Assembly: GCF_000737315.1 (NCBI RefSeq)
Contig: NZ_JMCB01000019.1
Coordinates: 173,596 to 237,595, forward strand
DNA length: 64,000 nucleotides
From: Hyalangium minutum
Lineage (GTDB): Bacteria > Myxococcota > Myxococcia > Myxococcales > Myxococcaceae
Direction: 5' to 3'
The notes under the pieces are model-generated. The model saw only the letters and a list, made by a program, of their open reading frames with translations. It ran no database searches and was not told the DNA's origin. This document shows positions 9,115 through 18,118 of the stretch, piece by piece (the stretch's first letter is position 1; each line of letters opens with the position of its first letter). A program made the translations under genes and the position numbers.

Positions 9115-10512
9115 ATGCACCTTCCCGCGTGGATCCGCGCCGCCGCCGTGGCGGGCTTCCTCAGTCACTCGGCCGCCTGGTCCCAGACGGCCCCCTCCGG
9201 CTTCGAGCTGGAGCGCCTGGAGCTCAACCTCGGTAAGGGCTCGCTCCTGTCCAGCCACGGCGAGCTGCTGGTCCCCACCGGCGTGAGCGCCGGGCTCGTC
9301 AGCCACTATGAGCACCTGCCGCTCGTGCTCCAGGACGGAGAGTCGCACCTGGAGCGGGTGCGGCACCGCGCCTCGCTCATGCTGGCGGCCAGCTACGGTG
9401 TGCTGCCGTGGCTCGAGGTGGGCGCGCAGATCCCCGCGGTGCTCTGGCAGCAAGGCGGGGATCCCAGCCTCCTGGGCCTGCCGCCGCTGACCGCGCGCGG
9501 GCTCGGGACGCCGATGCTCCAGGCCCGGCTGGGGCTGCTGTCGCGCCGCGAGGAGCACCCCGTGAACCTCGCGGTGGATCTCGCCGCGGGCCTACCTGTG
9601 GGGAGCGGCTCCGCGCTGGCGCGCGACGCGGGCCTGCGCTTCCGAGCCGGGGCCACGCTGGGGCTCGACTGGGGCTGGCTCCACCCCTCGCTCGAGGCGG
9701 GCGTGCTGCTGCGGCCGCCCAACCCCTTGTTCCGCAAAGGCTCGCCGCCCGTGGTCCCCGAGCTGCGCGTAAGCGCGGTGCTGGCCACGGCGAACCCGGG
9801 GCTTCGCGGCGAACTCGCCCTCCGGGGCGCCTTCGCGAGCGACGACAAGCAGCCCTCCCTGGAGCTGCTGGGCGGCGTGCGGTGGCCGCTGATGCCTCGG
9901 GTGGAGCTGCTCGCCCTGGGAGGCCCCGGCCTGGGCGCGGCGCCCGGAACGCCCTCCGCCCGCGTGCTGCTGGGGGTGAACTTCCTCATGGAGCCCCCGC
10001 CCGCATTGGAGCGGCTCACGGAGGCCATCCCTCACTTCACGCTGGAGCCGGAGGCCACCGCCGCACGCCGCGAGGTGCCCCGCCCGGCCGTGGCCCCCGT
10101 GCCCACGCGGGAGCTGCTCCCCACCGCAGTTCCGTTGGCCCACGCCACGCCCCTGCTGCAGGGCTCCGTGCTCTTCGAGCCGGGGCGGGCCGAGCTGCCC
10201 GCAGACCTCAGCCTGCCGCAGGCGGTGCTCGAGCTGCTGCGCTCGGAGCCCGGCAAGTCCATCGTCCTCCTCGAGGGGTACGCGGGCCAGGAGGACGCCG
10301 CGCAGGCCGATCGCCTCCTGCCCTTGAGGCGCGCGCAAGCGCTCCGGACCTACCTGGCGGGCCAGGGCGTGCCCTTGGAGCGCCTGCGGGTGCGAATCAC
10401 CAGCCCGGCCGCTTCCGCACACGCCCCCACGCCCGAGGACCTGGCGCGAGCGCGGCGGGTGGAGATGACCGTCCTGAGCGACCCCACCGCCGTCTCCGAG
10501 ACGACTCCCTGA
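9115..10512 (+). CDS. Outer-membrane beta-barrel plus OmpA-like C-terminal domain protein
   Basis: Signal peptide; GFELERLELN...barrel strands; C-terminal VLFEPGRAEL...LLEGYA...LPLRRAQALRTYL...RRVEM OmpA-like pattern. Confidence 0.8.
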   Translation: MHLPAWIRAAAVAGFLSHSAAWSQTAPSGFELERLELNLGKGSLLSSHGELLVPTGVSAGLVSHYEHLPLVLQDGESHLERVRHRASLMLAASYGVLPWLEVGAQIPAVLWQQGGDPSLLGLPPLTARGLGTPMLQARLGLLSRREEHPVNLAVDLAAGLPVGSGSALARDAGLRFRAGATLGLDWGWLHPSLEAGVLLRPPNPLFRKGSPPVVPELRVSAVLATANPGLRGELALRGAFASDDKQPSLELLGGVRWPLMPRVELLALGGPGLGAAPGTPSARVLLGVNFLMEPPPALERLTEAIPHFTLEPEATAARREVPRPAVAPVPTRELLPTAVPLAHATPLLQGSVLFEPGRAELPADLSLPQAVLELLRSEPGKSIVLLEGYAGQEDAAQADRLLPLRRAQALRTYLAGQGVPLERLRVRITSPAASAHAPTPEDLARARRVEMTVLSDPTAVSETTP

Positions 10513-10519
10513 GGCCGCC

Positions 10520-12205
10520 ATGTCCTTCGACTTCCACGCCATTCTCCAGCACGTCGAGGCAGCTGCCCCCACCGAGGGCCTCCCCGAGTGGCTCCCGCGA
10601 AGCTGGAGCGATCCGGAGGGCTTCGCCTCGGCGCTGGCCCCGGCGTACACGGGCCGCGGCGCGGCCTTCAAGAGCCGCACGGGCCAGCACCACGACTTCT
10701 TCCACGATCTCATCGTCCGGCACGCCACCACGGATCGCATCGCGCTGCGCACGTATGACCGGACGCGCGGCTGGCAGACGCTGAGCTACCGCCAACTGCA
10801 CGACCAGGCCCTCCGGCGGGCCGCAGCGTGGGAGCATCGAGGCGTCAAACCGGGAGCCCGGGTGTGCCTGATGTTCCACCCTGGCGCCGAGCTGTGGGTG
10901 AGCCTCGCCGCAGCGCTGGGGTTGGGAGCCTGCATCAGCCTGCTGCCGCCGGTGGGACAGCGCTTCGTCGCGCGCCGGCTCGCCGCGCTCGCACCGGGCC
11001 ACGTGGCCGCCGAGCCACACCAGGCGCCGCTGCTGGGCGCCTACGCCAAGTGCCTGCTGCCCACGACGGGGCCATCGGCGCCAGCGCTCGCCTCATACTC
11101 GTACAAGCCGGACGAGCCGGTGGGCCTGTTCTTCTCGCCTCTGGCGGCGCTCCCCTCCACCCCGGTGCCGCTCAAGGCGGGAGAGGCTTGGCTCGGCGCA
11201 CTGGTGGATGGGCTGCTCACCTTCGCGCTGGCGCCGGGAGATCACCTGACCGCTCCGGGCTTCCACCCACTCCAGCACCTGCCCGCGCTCATCTTCGCCA
11301 CGCTGCTGCGCGGAGCTACATTCCTCCACCTCGAGCCCTCGGATGTAGAGGAGCGCCCCAGCCTCCTGACCGAATACCCGGTGCGGGCGCTCGGGGTCAC
11401 CCCGGCCTTGAGGGACGTGCTGCTGCGGAGCCGGACGCCGCTGAAGAACGTAGGAGGCTGGTTCCGCAACCCCGAGGCCCCGCTCGACTGGCAGGCGTGG
11501 CGCGCGTGGGTGAAGCAGTGCGGGCTGGAGTCCGTGCCCTGCTCCAACGTGCTGGTGGATGCGGCCGCGGGAGGCGCAGTGCTTTGCTCGCTCCGGCGCG
11601 TGGGAGATGTCCACGCCGAGGCCGCTCCGGCGCCGGGCCGCCGCTGGGCCCTGGAGGCGCTCGACCGGAGTGGACAGCGGGCCGCAGGAGACTCGGGCGT
11701 CTTCACCCTTCTGCCCTCGGAGGGGCGGCCGCCAGGGCACGTCATCCTCTCCCGCCTCCGCCAGAAGTACCTCTACGGCGGGACGTGGGATGCGCGGCAC
11801 GAGGGCCGGGTCCCGCTCATGGCCGAGGTGACGGAGGCGCTGGCGGCCATGTCTCCGCCCTGTTCCACCTCGCTGCTCACCGTGCCGACGGGAGGCCTCT
11901 CGGGCGAGCTCCGCTCGATGTTGCTCGTCTTCACGGGCGCGCCCTCGCAGGGCGCGGCGCTGTCCCTGGCGGAGGTGCGCCGGTACCTCGAGCTGCAGCT
12001 TGGCGCCGAGCACGTACCAGAGCGGTTCGAGGTCTTCCCGCTCTACCCGAGGTTGAAAGAGGGCCAGGTGGACGCGGCGTGGTGCCACGCGCAGTACCTG
12101 ACGGGCGCGCTCTACCACAAAGCCCAGGAGCCGCTGTTCCAGACGCTCACGGAGCTGCGGGCCCAGGTGCGGCACGCCGCGCTCCCTTCCGAAACGAGGA
12201 GATGA
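10520..12205 (+). CDS. Degenerate AMP-binding (ANL-fold) protein in the T6SS operon
   Basis: LSYRQLHDQALRRAAAW...GVKPGARVCLM N-terminal pattern; the P-loop position reads FFSPLAALPSTP; the A10 motif reads LYPRLKEGQVD (Lys replaced by Gln). Confidence 0.7.
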   Translation: MSFDFHAILQHVEAAAPTEGLPEWLPRSWSDPEGFASALAPAYTGRGAAFKSRTGQHHDFFHDLIVRHATTDRIALRTYDRTRGWQTLSYRQLHDQALRRAAAWEHRGVKPGARVCLMFHPGAELWVSLAAALGLGACISLLPPVGQRFVARRLAALAPGHVAAEPHQAPLLGAYAKCLLPTTGPSAPALASYSYKPDEPVGLFFSPLAALPSTPVPLKAGEAWLGALVDGLLTFALAPGDHLTAPGFHPLQHLPALIFATLLRGATFLHLEPSDVEERPSLLTEYPVRALGVTPALRDVLLRSRTPLKNVGGWFRNPEAPLDWQAWRAWVKQCGLESVPCSNVLVDAAAGGAVLCSLRRVGDVHAEAAPAPGRRWALEALDRSGQRAAGDSGVFTLLPSEGRPPGHVILSRLRQKYLYGGTWDARHEGRVPLMAEVTEALAAMSPPCSTSLLTVPTGGLSGELRSMLLVFTGAPSQGAALSLAEVRRYLELQLGAEHVPERFEVFPLYPRLKEGQVDAAWCHAQYLTGALYHKAQEPLFQTLTELRAQVRHAALPSETRR

Positions 12206-12208
12206 CCG

Positions 12209-12595
12209 ATGGGAATCCAAGTCGTCACGGGAGCCATGCTCCAGTGCAGCTTCGGCGTGGCGCCCTCCAGCCTGGTGGTGCTCCCGGCGAACAAGGTGAT
12301 GGCGACCACTCCGGCCGCCAACATCATGGACAACAAGCCGCTGGTGAACATCCCCCCGTTCGGGATGTGCCAATCCATGGCAAATCCGATGGTGGCCGCA
12401 GCCACGGCGGCGGCGCTGGGCGTGCTCACCCCAATGCCTTGCATTCCGGCGACGGCGGCGCCGTGGGCACCCGGCTGTCCCAAGGTGATGATCGGCAACA
12501 TGCCGGCCTTGGACAGCTCCTCCAAGTGCATGTGCAACTGGGGCGGCGTCATCCAGATCGTCAACCCCGGCCAGACGGCGGTGCAAGATGGCTGA
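12209..12595 (+). CDS. DUF4280 PAAR-like spike-tip protein (IglG-like)
   Basis: GAMLQCSFG, NIPPFGMC, PCIP, W-x-PG, KCMCNWGGVIQI: the DUF4280 Cys pattern. Confidence 0.9.
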   Translation: MGIQVVTGAMLQCSFGVAPSSLVVLPANKVMATTPAANIMDNKPLVNIPPFGMCQSMANPMVAAATAAALGVLTPMPCIPATAAPWAPGCPKVMIGNMPALDSSSKCMCNWGGVIQIVNPGQTAVQDG

Positions 12596-13715
12596 GTCTC
12601 TGCATTCGCTCGCGGCGCTGGAGCGCGCGTTGAGCACGGCCTCTGCTCCTGTCTCCTCGCTGACGCCCGAGCAGGTGGAGGCGCGGGTGGATCGGGTCAC
12701 CGCGCTGATGGCCCGGAGCGCCTACGACGAGGCGGCGCGCGCCTCCGAGGCATTGCTCACCGAGGGACTCCGGGATGTGCGGCTGGTAACGCCGTGCCTC
12801 TTCGGTGCCTTCCTGGAGCGCGGCCCGCGCGCTCTGCCCGGGATCTTCTCCGCCCTGCACCGAGTCCTCACGCGGAGCTGGGAGCAGCTTGGCCCCAGCG
12901 ACAAGAAGCCAGTCGTGGCGGACAGTGGGCTGCTCTGGCTGTTCAAGTCGCTTCACAAGCACCTGGAGTTCCATGGGCGGGCCCAGGACGACGTGTGGCG
13001 CAAGTGGTGCGAAAGCTGCGAGGCGTCTGAGATTCAGGAAGCGCTCCAGCGCGCAAGTGAGCTGTTCGAGGCTCTTGAACAGCTCCTGCCCAAAGGAGGG
13101 GGTACTACCCGGCTGCTCCAGTTGACCGGCTGGCTGACGGAGAACCGCGAGCTCTTCTCGGAGACTCCAGCCCGCCCTGCGCGGGCCCAGGCTGAGGAGT
13201 CCCCCAGGGCGGCGGCCATCTCTGAGCGCTGGGAGGAGGCGCCTTCCGCCGATCCAGAGGAGGAGGCGGAAGATGAGGAGGACGAAGAGCAAGAAGAAGC
13301 CACCGAGGAGCAGGCACTTGAAGCCGAGGATGACTCCGAAGAGGAGATCCTCTTCGAGCCCGTGGCGGTCCCGCAGCCCCGCTTGCCGCCACAGCCTGGT
13401 CTGGAGCCCTCTCCGGCGCTCGAGCAACTGCTGCACAAGCTGACCGCATTCGATCAGCTCGTAGAGCGTCAGGACTTCTCGCGGGCCAGCATGATTGCCA
13501 CGGACGTGCTCCATGTGATCGACCACTTCGATCCGCTCGTCTATCTGCCCTCGCTCTTCACACGCTTCCTCTCGGGCCTGAGCGCGCATGCGGGGAGCAT
13601 CGAGCCACGGATGCAGAGCCCTCGCTCCTTGGGTGAGCGTGCCCTCGAGCGGCTCTACCGGACGGACTTGCAGGCGTTCTTGAACTCCTCCTCCGGTGTG
13701 GAGGACGCGCCATGA
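12588..13715 (+). CDS. IglI-family / TssA(ImpA_N)-like T6SS protein
   Basis: RDVRLVTPCLFGAFLERGPRALPGIFSALHRVLTRSWEQLGP resembles the ImpA N-terminal KDLR...G...L...W..L.P pattern; acidic linker; overlaps both neighbours. Confidence 0.65.
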   Translation: MAESLHSLAALERALSTASAPVSSLTPEQVEARVDRVTALMARSAYDEAARASEALLTEGLRDVRLVTPCLFGAFLERGPRALPGIFSALHRVLTRSWEQLGPSDKKPVVADSGLLWLFKSLHKHLEFHGRAQDDVWRKWCESCEASEIQEALQRASELFEALEQLLPKGGGTTRLLQLTGWLTENRELFSETPARPARAQAEESPRAAAISERWEEAPSADPEEEAEDEEDEEQEEATEEQALEAEDDSEEEILFEPVAVPQPRLPPQPGLEPSPALEQLLHKLTAFDQLVERQDFSRASMIATDVLHVIDHFDPLVYLPSLFTRFLSGLSAHAGSIEPRMQSPRSLGERALERLYRTDLQAFLNSSSGVEDAP

Positions 13716-14632
13716 GAGACCTCTCATTCGAGCAACGGCTGCGCGAGCGCATCCGCGGGTTCGACATGCCCGCTCTGCTGGTGCTGCTGAAACACAAAAA
13801 GTATGCGCTGGAGCTGATCGAATACCGGAGCCACCGCACGCTCGTGCATCAGAGCCACCTGGTGCATGACATCCAGTTCAGCGACGAGTCACCCAGCCGG
13901 GTGATCATCACGGTGAACATCGGGCTGCTCAGCGTGCAGTCTCCTCTGCCCACCTTCCTGCATCAGACAATGAATCAGCTGGATCCGCTGGAGAGCGAGC
14001 GGATGGAACGTTTCCTGGGCTATTTCGACCACGAACTGCTCCGGGCGCGCTTCGCGGGGCTCTACCCTGAACGAAGCGCCTCGCTGCTTCCCGGCTGGGA
14101 GGAAGCGGCGCAGAACCGATTGAGCTTATTGAGCCTCACCAGCCCGAGCACGCTGCACTGGCTGTTCGCCCAAGTCTTCCCAGAGGCCGAAGTGTCCGTA
14201 CGGCGTGAGGTGCGCACTCAGGCCGTGCCAGCCCACGGCTCGCAGCTCGGTGTCACGGCATTGGGAGACTCCACGGCGTTGGGGGGCTTCGCCTCTGTGC
14301 CCACGGGCGGCATGGAAGTAACGGTCTTCTTCAATGAAAGTCATTGCGGAATAGGAACACCGTGGGCCATGGAAGCTCCGCTGCGCCTTTCCCATAGGCT
14401 CCTCCCTGTCTTCTCCCAGAGCTCGGCGCCACTCACCGCGTGGATGGTGTTGCGCGATCCGAGCGGTCCAGCCCGCCTCCAGCCAGACAACTACCTCGGC
14501 TATGTCCCGCTGGCGGGCACTGAGAACCTTCATCAACGTCTCTTGCTCTTCCGCGGCAACCTCGCGCATCCAACCCCAGACACGTCTAGCGGCCAGATAC
14601 CCAGCGTTTCGACCGAGCAGAGAGTGGCTTGA
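13712..14632 (+). CDS. tssG: TssG-like baseplate protein (IglJ position)
   Basis: ITVNIGLLSVQSPLP...FLGYFDHELL resembles the TssG V.FLGL.G..SPLP...DFLD.F.HRL pattern. Confidence 0.65.
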   Translation: MRDLSFEQRLRERIRGFDMPALLVLLKHKKYALELIEYRSHRTLVHQSHLVHDIQFSDESPSRVIITVNIGLLSVQSPLPTFLHQTMNQLDPLESERMERFLGYFDHELLRARFAGLYPERSASLLPGWEEAAQNRLSLLSLTSPSTLHWLFAQVFPEAEVSVRREVRTQAVPAHGSQLGVTALGDSTALGGFASVPTGGMEVTVFFNESHCGIGTPWAMEAPLRLSHRLLPVFSQSSAPLTAWMVLRDPSGPARLQPDNYLGYVPLAGTENLHQRLLLFRGNLAHPTPDTSSGQIPSVSTEQRVA

Positions 14633-14667
14633 CCCACTCCTGCCAAGTACCTCCAAGGGAGCCAACC

Positions 14668-15858
14668 ATGTCAAAAGTTCAATTCATCGGCTATCAACTC
14701 CAAACAGCGGCCAATGGAACATCGAACGCACTCAGCAAGCGCGTGAACTACCCAGGCCTCGCGAATGGCCGCGATGACATCAGGGCTCGATGCATGGTGC
14801 TGGCCGACGCCATCATCGCAGCGCGAATGCATCCAGCCATCGACACCAGCGCCAAGAAGATCTTTGCCGCACCAGAGTTCTTCTTCCGTGGCGGTTCGGC
14901 CGGCGTCTACAACATCGAAGATGTCTCGTACATCAACGAGTTCCTGGACACGTTCCTCGCCAAGCCGCACTACAAGAAGTGGACGTTCGTGCTTGGCACT
15001 GCACTCGCTGCGATGCCCGAGGAGAACTCCAAGACCGAGATTCTCAATATCTCCCTCGTGCGCAATGGCGGCGTGCGCGTCACCGGCAAAACGGATGCCA
15101 GCGAGCAGGACGCTCTCGCGCATGGCAGTAGCGACTCGCGGCTGATTTACAAGGAATACGTCTCCGCCATCGATTTCCTCGGGCCGAACTTCGGGCGAGG
15201 CGATTTGTTCCATGACGATCCGGCCCAGGGTGGACGCGCACATATCCGTGGCAAGCCCAAGACCCTCATGCCTACGTCGGGAGCGCGACCCACGGGCAAA
15301 TACATGCGCCACCGGAACAGTGCGAACGAGCACGGCCGGACTCGCACCTGGAAGCCCTCGGGGCACCTGCAGGGTGAGATCTATGGAGAGTTTCTACACG
15401 GACGAATCAAGACGCTCCCGGAGCTGAATCGGCGGCTCCGCCCCACCACGTACAAGACCAGCGAGCGCAGCAGGACGGGGCTCGGCGGCGGTATCGACTT
15501 CCAGATGAGTGGAATGCGCTTCGCGCTCGAGATCTGTCTGGATCACGCTCAGCAGCGCGCCGCAGAAGCTGTCCATTCGGACGTGGACGTGCACCTCGTC
15601 ACATCCTGCGGAATGACTCCCCGGTATTCGTGCTGCAAGAGCAGAGGCTTCCTGTTCCATGTCGACGGCATCACCGACGATGCAGCAAGGGTCTGGGCCT
15701 ACAAACGGACAAGCAGCGGCCACCTTCAGATGCGGCCGCAGACATCGTTGGACATGACCCACCCTTCACGCTGGCTCAACTCGACGACCGACGCGACGAA
15801 TCTCTTCGAGGCGGGCAAGGGCTCCGTCGTCATCTTCCGCGCCGACGCTCTTCCCTGA
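14668..15858 (+). CDS. Nitrilase / carbon-nitrogen hydrolase-fold protein, candidate effector
   Basis: KIFAAPEFFF (Glu), LIYKEYVS (Lys), FALEICLDHA (Cys); start after AGGGAG; visibly AT-richer codons. Confidence 0.6.
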   Translation: MSKVQFIGYQLQTAANGTSNALSKRVNYPGLANGRDDIRARCMVLADAIIAARMHPAIDTSAKKIFAAPEFFFRGGSAGVYNIEDVSYINEFLDTFLAKPHYKKWTFVLGTALAAMPEENSKTEILNISLVRNGGVRVTGKTDASEQDALAHGSSDSRLIYKEYVSAIDFLGPNFGRGDLFHDDPAQGGRAHIRGKPKTLMPTSGARPTGKYMRHRNSANEHGRTRTWKPSGHLQGEIYGEFLHGRIKTLPELNRRLRPTTYKTSERSRTGLGGGIDFQMSGMRFALEICLDHAQQRAAEAVHSDVDVHLVTSCGMTPRYSCCKSRGFLFHVDGITDDAARVWAYKRTSSGHLQMRPQTSLDMTHPSRWLNSTTDATNLFEAGKGSVVIFRADALP

Positions 15859-15882
15859 AGCTGGAAGCAGTGAGCAGGCCCC

Positions 15883-15921
15883 TGTGACGCACTTCACTCG
15901 CGTCCCGTGAGCGCGCTCACA
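15883..15921. promoter_or_regulatory. Tandem CRP/FNR-type boxes upstream of tssB
   Basis: TGTGA-CGCACT-TCACT (15883) and CGTGA-GCGCGC-TCACA (15906), 23 bp apart. Confidence 0.7.
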
Positions 15922-16006
15922 GCGCCTCCGGGGCATTTCCCACAGATTACGCAGCACCCGGGAGCCACCCGGCCTCCGGTCATCCCAGACAGAAAGAGAG
16001 AGCGCC

Positions 16007-16540
16007 TTGCCCATCCAAGACAAACTTCCCACGTCCCGCATCACCCTCACCTACCGCACCACCATCAACGGGCAGGAGGAAGAGGTTGACCTCCCCTTCC
16101 GCATGCTCGTCCTCGGCGACCTCTCCCTCGGCTCGTCCAAGGACCGCAAGGTGGATCTCGACGAGCGCAAGCTGCGCTCCGTCAAGCCCGGCGGTCTGGA
16201 TGACCTGATGAAGGACATGGACATGTCCATCGAGTTCCAGGTCCCCGACAAGACCACCTCCAGCGGCGAGGGCACGATGAACGTGAAGCTGCCCATCGAG
16301 CGCATGAAGTCCTTCCATCCGGACGAGTTCGTCCAGCACGTGCCCAAGCTCAAGGCCCTGCTCATCCTCCGCAAGCTGCTGCTCGAGATGCAGGCCGACA
16401 TCGACAACCGCAAGGAGCTCTGGCGCACGCTCTCCGAGCTCTACGCCCACCCGGAGCAGATCCAGCAGCTGCTCGAGAGCGACGCGCTCAAGGGCTTCGA
16501 GAACCTCCGCCTGCCCCCCGGCGAAGCGGCCGGCAACTGA
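16007..16540 (+). CDS. tssB: T6SS contractile sheath small subunit TssB (VipA/IglA)
   Basis: SRITLTYRT...DLPFRMLVLGDLS...KSFHPDEFVQHVPKLKALL. Confidence 0.95.
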   Translation: MPIQDKLPTSRITLTYRTTINGQEEEVDLPFRMLVLGDLSLGSSKDRKVDLDERKLRSVKPGGLDDLMKDMDMSIEFQVPDKTTSSGEGTMNVKLPIERMKSFHPDEFVQHVPKLKALLILRKLLLEMQADIDNRKELWRTLSELYAHPEQIQQLLESDALKGFENLRLPPGEAAGN

Positions 16541-16582
16541 GTTCCCCTCCACCCCCTGTCACCCCACAAGGAAACACCCACC

Positions 16583-18076
16583 ATGGCTGAGAAAAACTAC
16601 CTGCAGGAACTCTTCAAGAGCCGCGGCCTGGGCACCCCGCCCACCACCGCCGAGCCCATGATTGGCACCGGCCTCGTCCCCACCTCGCGCCAGGAGAGCG
16701 AGATCTCCACCGACAGCCGGTTCATGTCCGCGCTCGCCGCGCTGCTCCACAACGTCAAGCCGCTCCAGGACGAGGACAGCCGGCCGCGCTTCGACAAGGG
16801 CCAGGTGATGGACGCCGTGGCCCGCCTGGATGAGCTCATCGAGGCCCAGGTCAACGAGATCCTCCACCACGAGACCTTCCAGCAGGCGGAGTCCACGTGG
16901 CGCGGTGTGGAGGACCTCGTCAATCACACCAACTTCCAGGCCAACATCAACATCGATCTGCTCGACGTGTCCAAGCAGGAGCTGGCTCAGGACTTCGAGA
17001 AGAACGCGAGCAGCATCTTCTCCAGCTCGCTCTTCAACAAGGTCTACACCCACGAGTACGACCAGTACGGCGGCCGGCCGTTCGGCACGATGATCGGGCT
17101 GTACGAGTTCACCGCGTCCCGGCCGGATCTGCAGTGGCTCGAGCGCATGAGCTGGGTGGCCAACGCGGCGCACTGCCCCTTCGTGGCCTCGGCCAGCTAC
17201 AAGTTCTTCGACTGCGAGAGCGTGGAGCAGCTCGAGTCGCTCAAGAGCCTGGACGGAGTGCTCAACCACCCGCGCTACGGCAAGTGGGCGGAGCTGCGCG
17301 AGAGCGAGTCGGCCGCGTACATCAGCCTGGCGCTCCCGCGCTACGTGGTGCGGCTGCCGTACAACCCCGTCACCAACCCGTGCGAGGTGCTCAACTTCAC
17401 CGAGGAGGCCCACGGCGACTCCAAGAAGTACCTCTGGGGCAATGCCGCCATCCTCTTCGGCCGCAACCTGGCCAGCGCCTTCGAGGTGTCCGGCTGGTGC
17501 CAGTCCATCCGCGGCCCCAAGGGCGGCGGCCGCATCCAGGGCCTGCCGGTGGACACCTTCACCCTGCGCGGTCAGCAGGAGATGCAGATGCCGGTGGAGA
17601 TGTGCATCCCGGACTTCCGCGAGTACGAGTTCGTCCGCCACGGCTTCATGCCGCTCGTGTACCGGAAGAACGAGGCCGAGGCGACGTTCTTCAGCACCCC
17701 GTCCATCAAGCGCGCCAAGCGCTACAAGGATCCGAAGGACTCGGAGAACGCCCAGCTCGTCACCAACATGGCGTACACGTTCTCCATCACCCGGCTCGCG
17801 CACTACATCAAGAGCATCATGCGCGACAACATCGGCAGCTCCGCCGATGAGGTCTACGTCCACCAGCAGATCAGCAACTGGCTGATGGACTACGTGACCG
17901 CGGTGAGCAACCCGGATGACCTCACGCTGCGGCGCTTCCCGTTCAAGTCCGCTCAGGTGCTCGTGGCCAAGCGCCCGGGTGAGATCGGCTGGTACGACTG
18001 CAAGGTGTCGGTCCTGCCGCACATCCAGTTCGAGGGCCTCAACGTCGAGCTGCAGCTCGAGTCGCGGCTCGGCTAG
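16583..18076 (+). CDS. tssC: T6SS contractile sheath large subunit TssC (VipB/IglB)
   Basis: QVNEILHHETFQQAESTWRG, EYDQYGGRPFG, AAHCPF, LALPRY, YLWGNAA, GWCQSIRGPKGGG, VLPHIQFEG. Confidence 0.97.
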   Translation: MAEKNYLQELFKSRGLGTPPTTAEPMIGTGLVPTSRQESEISTDSRFMSALAALLHNVKPLQDEDSRPRFDKGQVMDAVARLDELIEAQVNEILHHETFQQAESTWRGVEDLVNHTNFQANINIDLLDVSKQELAQDFEKNASSIFSSSLFNKVYTHEYDQYGGRPFGTMIGLYEFTASRPDLQWLERMSWVANAAHCPFVASASYKFFDCESVEQLESLKSLDGVLNHPRYGKWAELRESESAAYISLALPRYVVRLPYNPVTNPCEVLNFTEEAHGDSKKYLWGNAAILFGRNLASAFEVSGWCQSIRGPKGGGRIQGLPVDTFTLRGQQEMQMPVEMCIPDFREYEFVRHGFMPLVYRKNEAEATFFSTPSIKRAKRYKDPKDSENAQLVTNMAYTFSITRLAHYIKSIMRDNIGSSADEVYVHQQISNWLMDYVTAVSNPDDLTLRRFPFKSAQVLVAKRPGEIGWYDCKVSVLPHIQFEGLNVELQLESRLG

Positions 18077-18118
18077 TCCCCAATCCCTCTTTCCCAATCC
18101 CTTTCACGAGAGAACACC

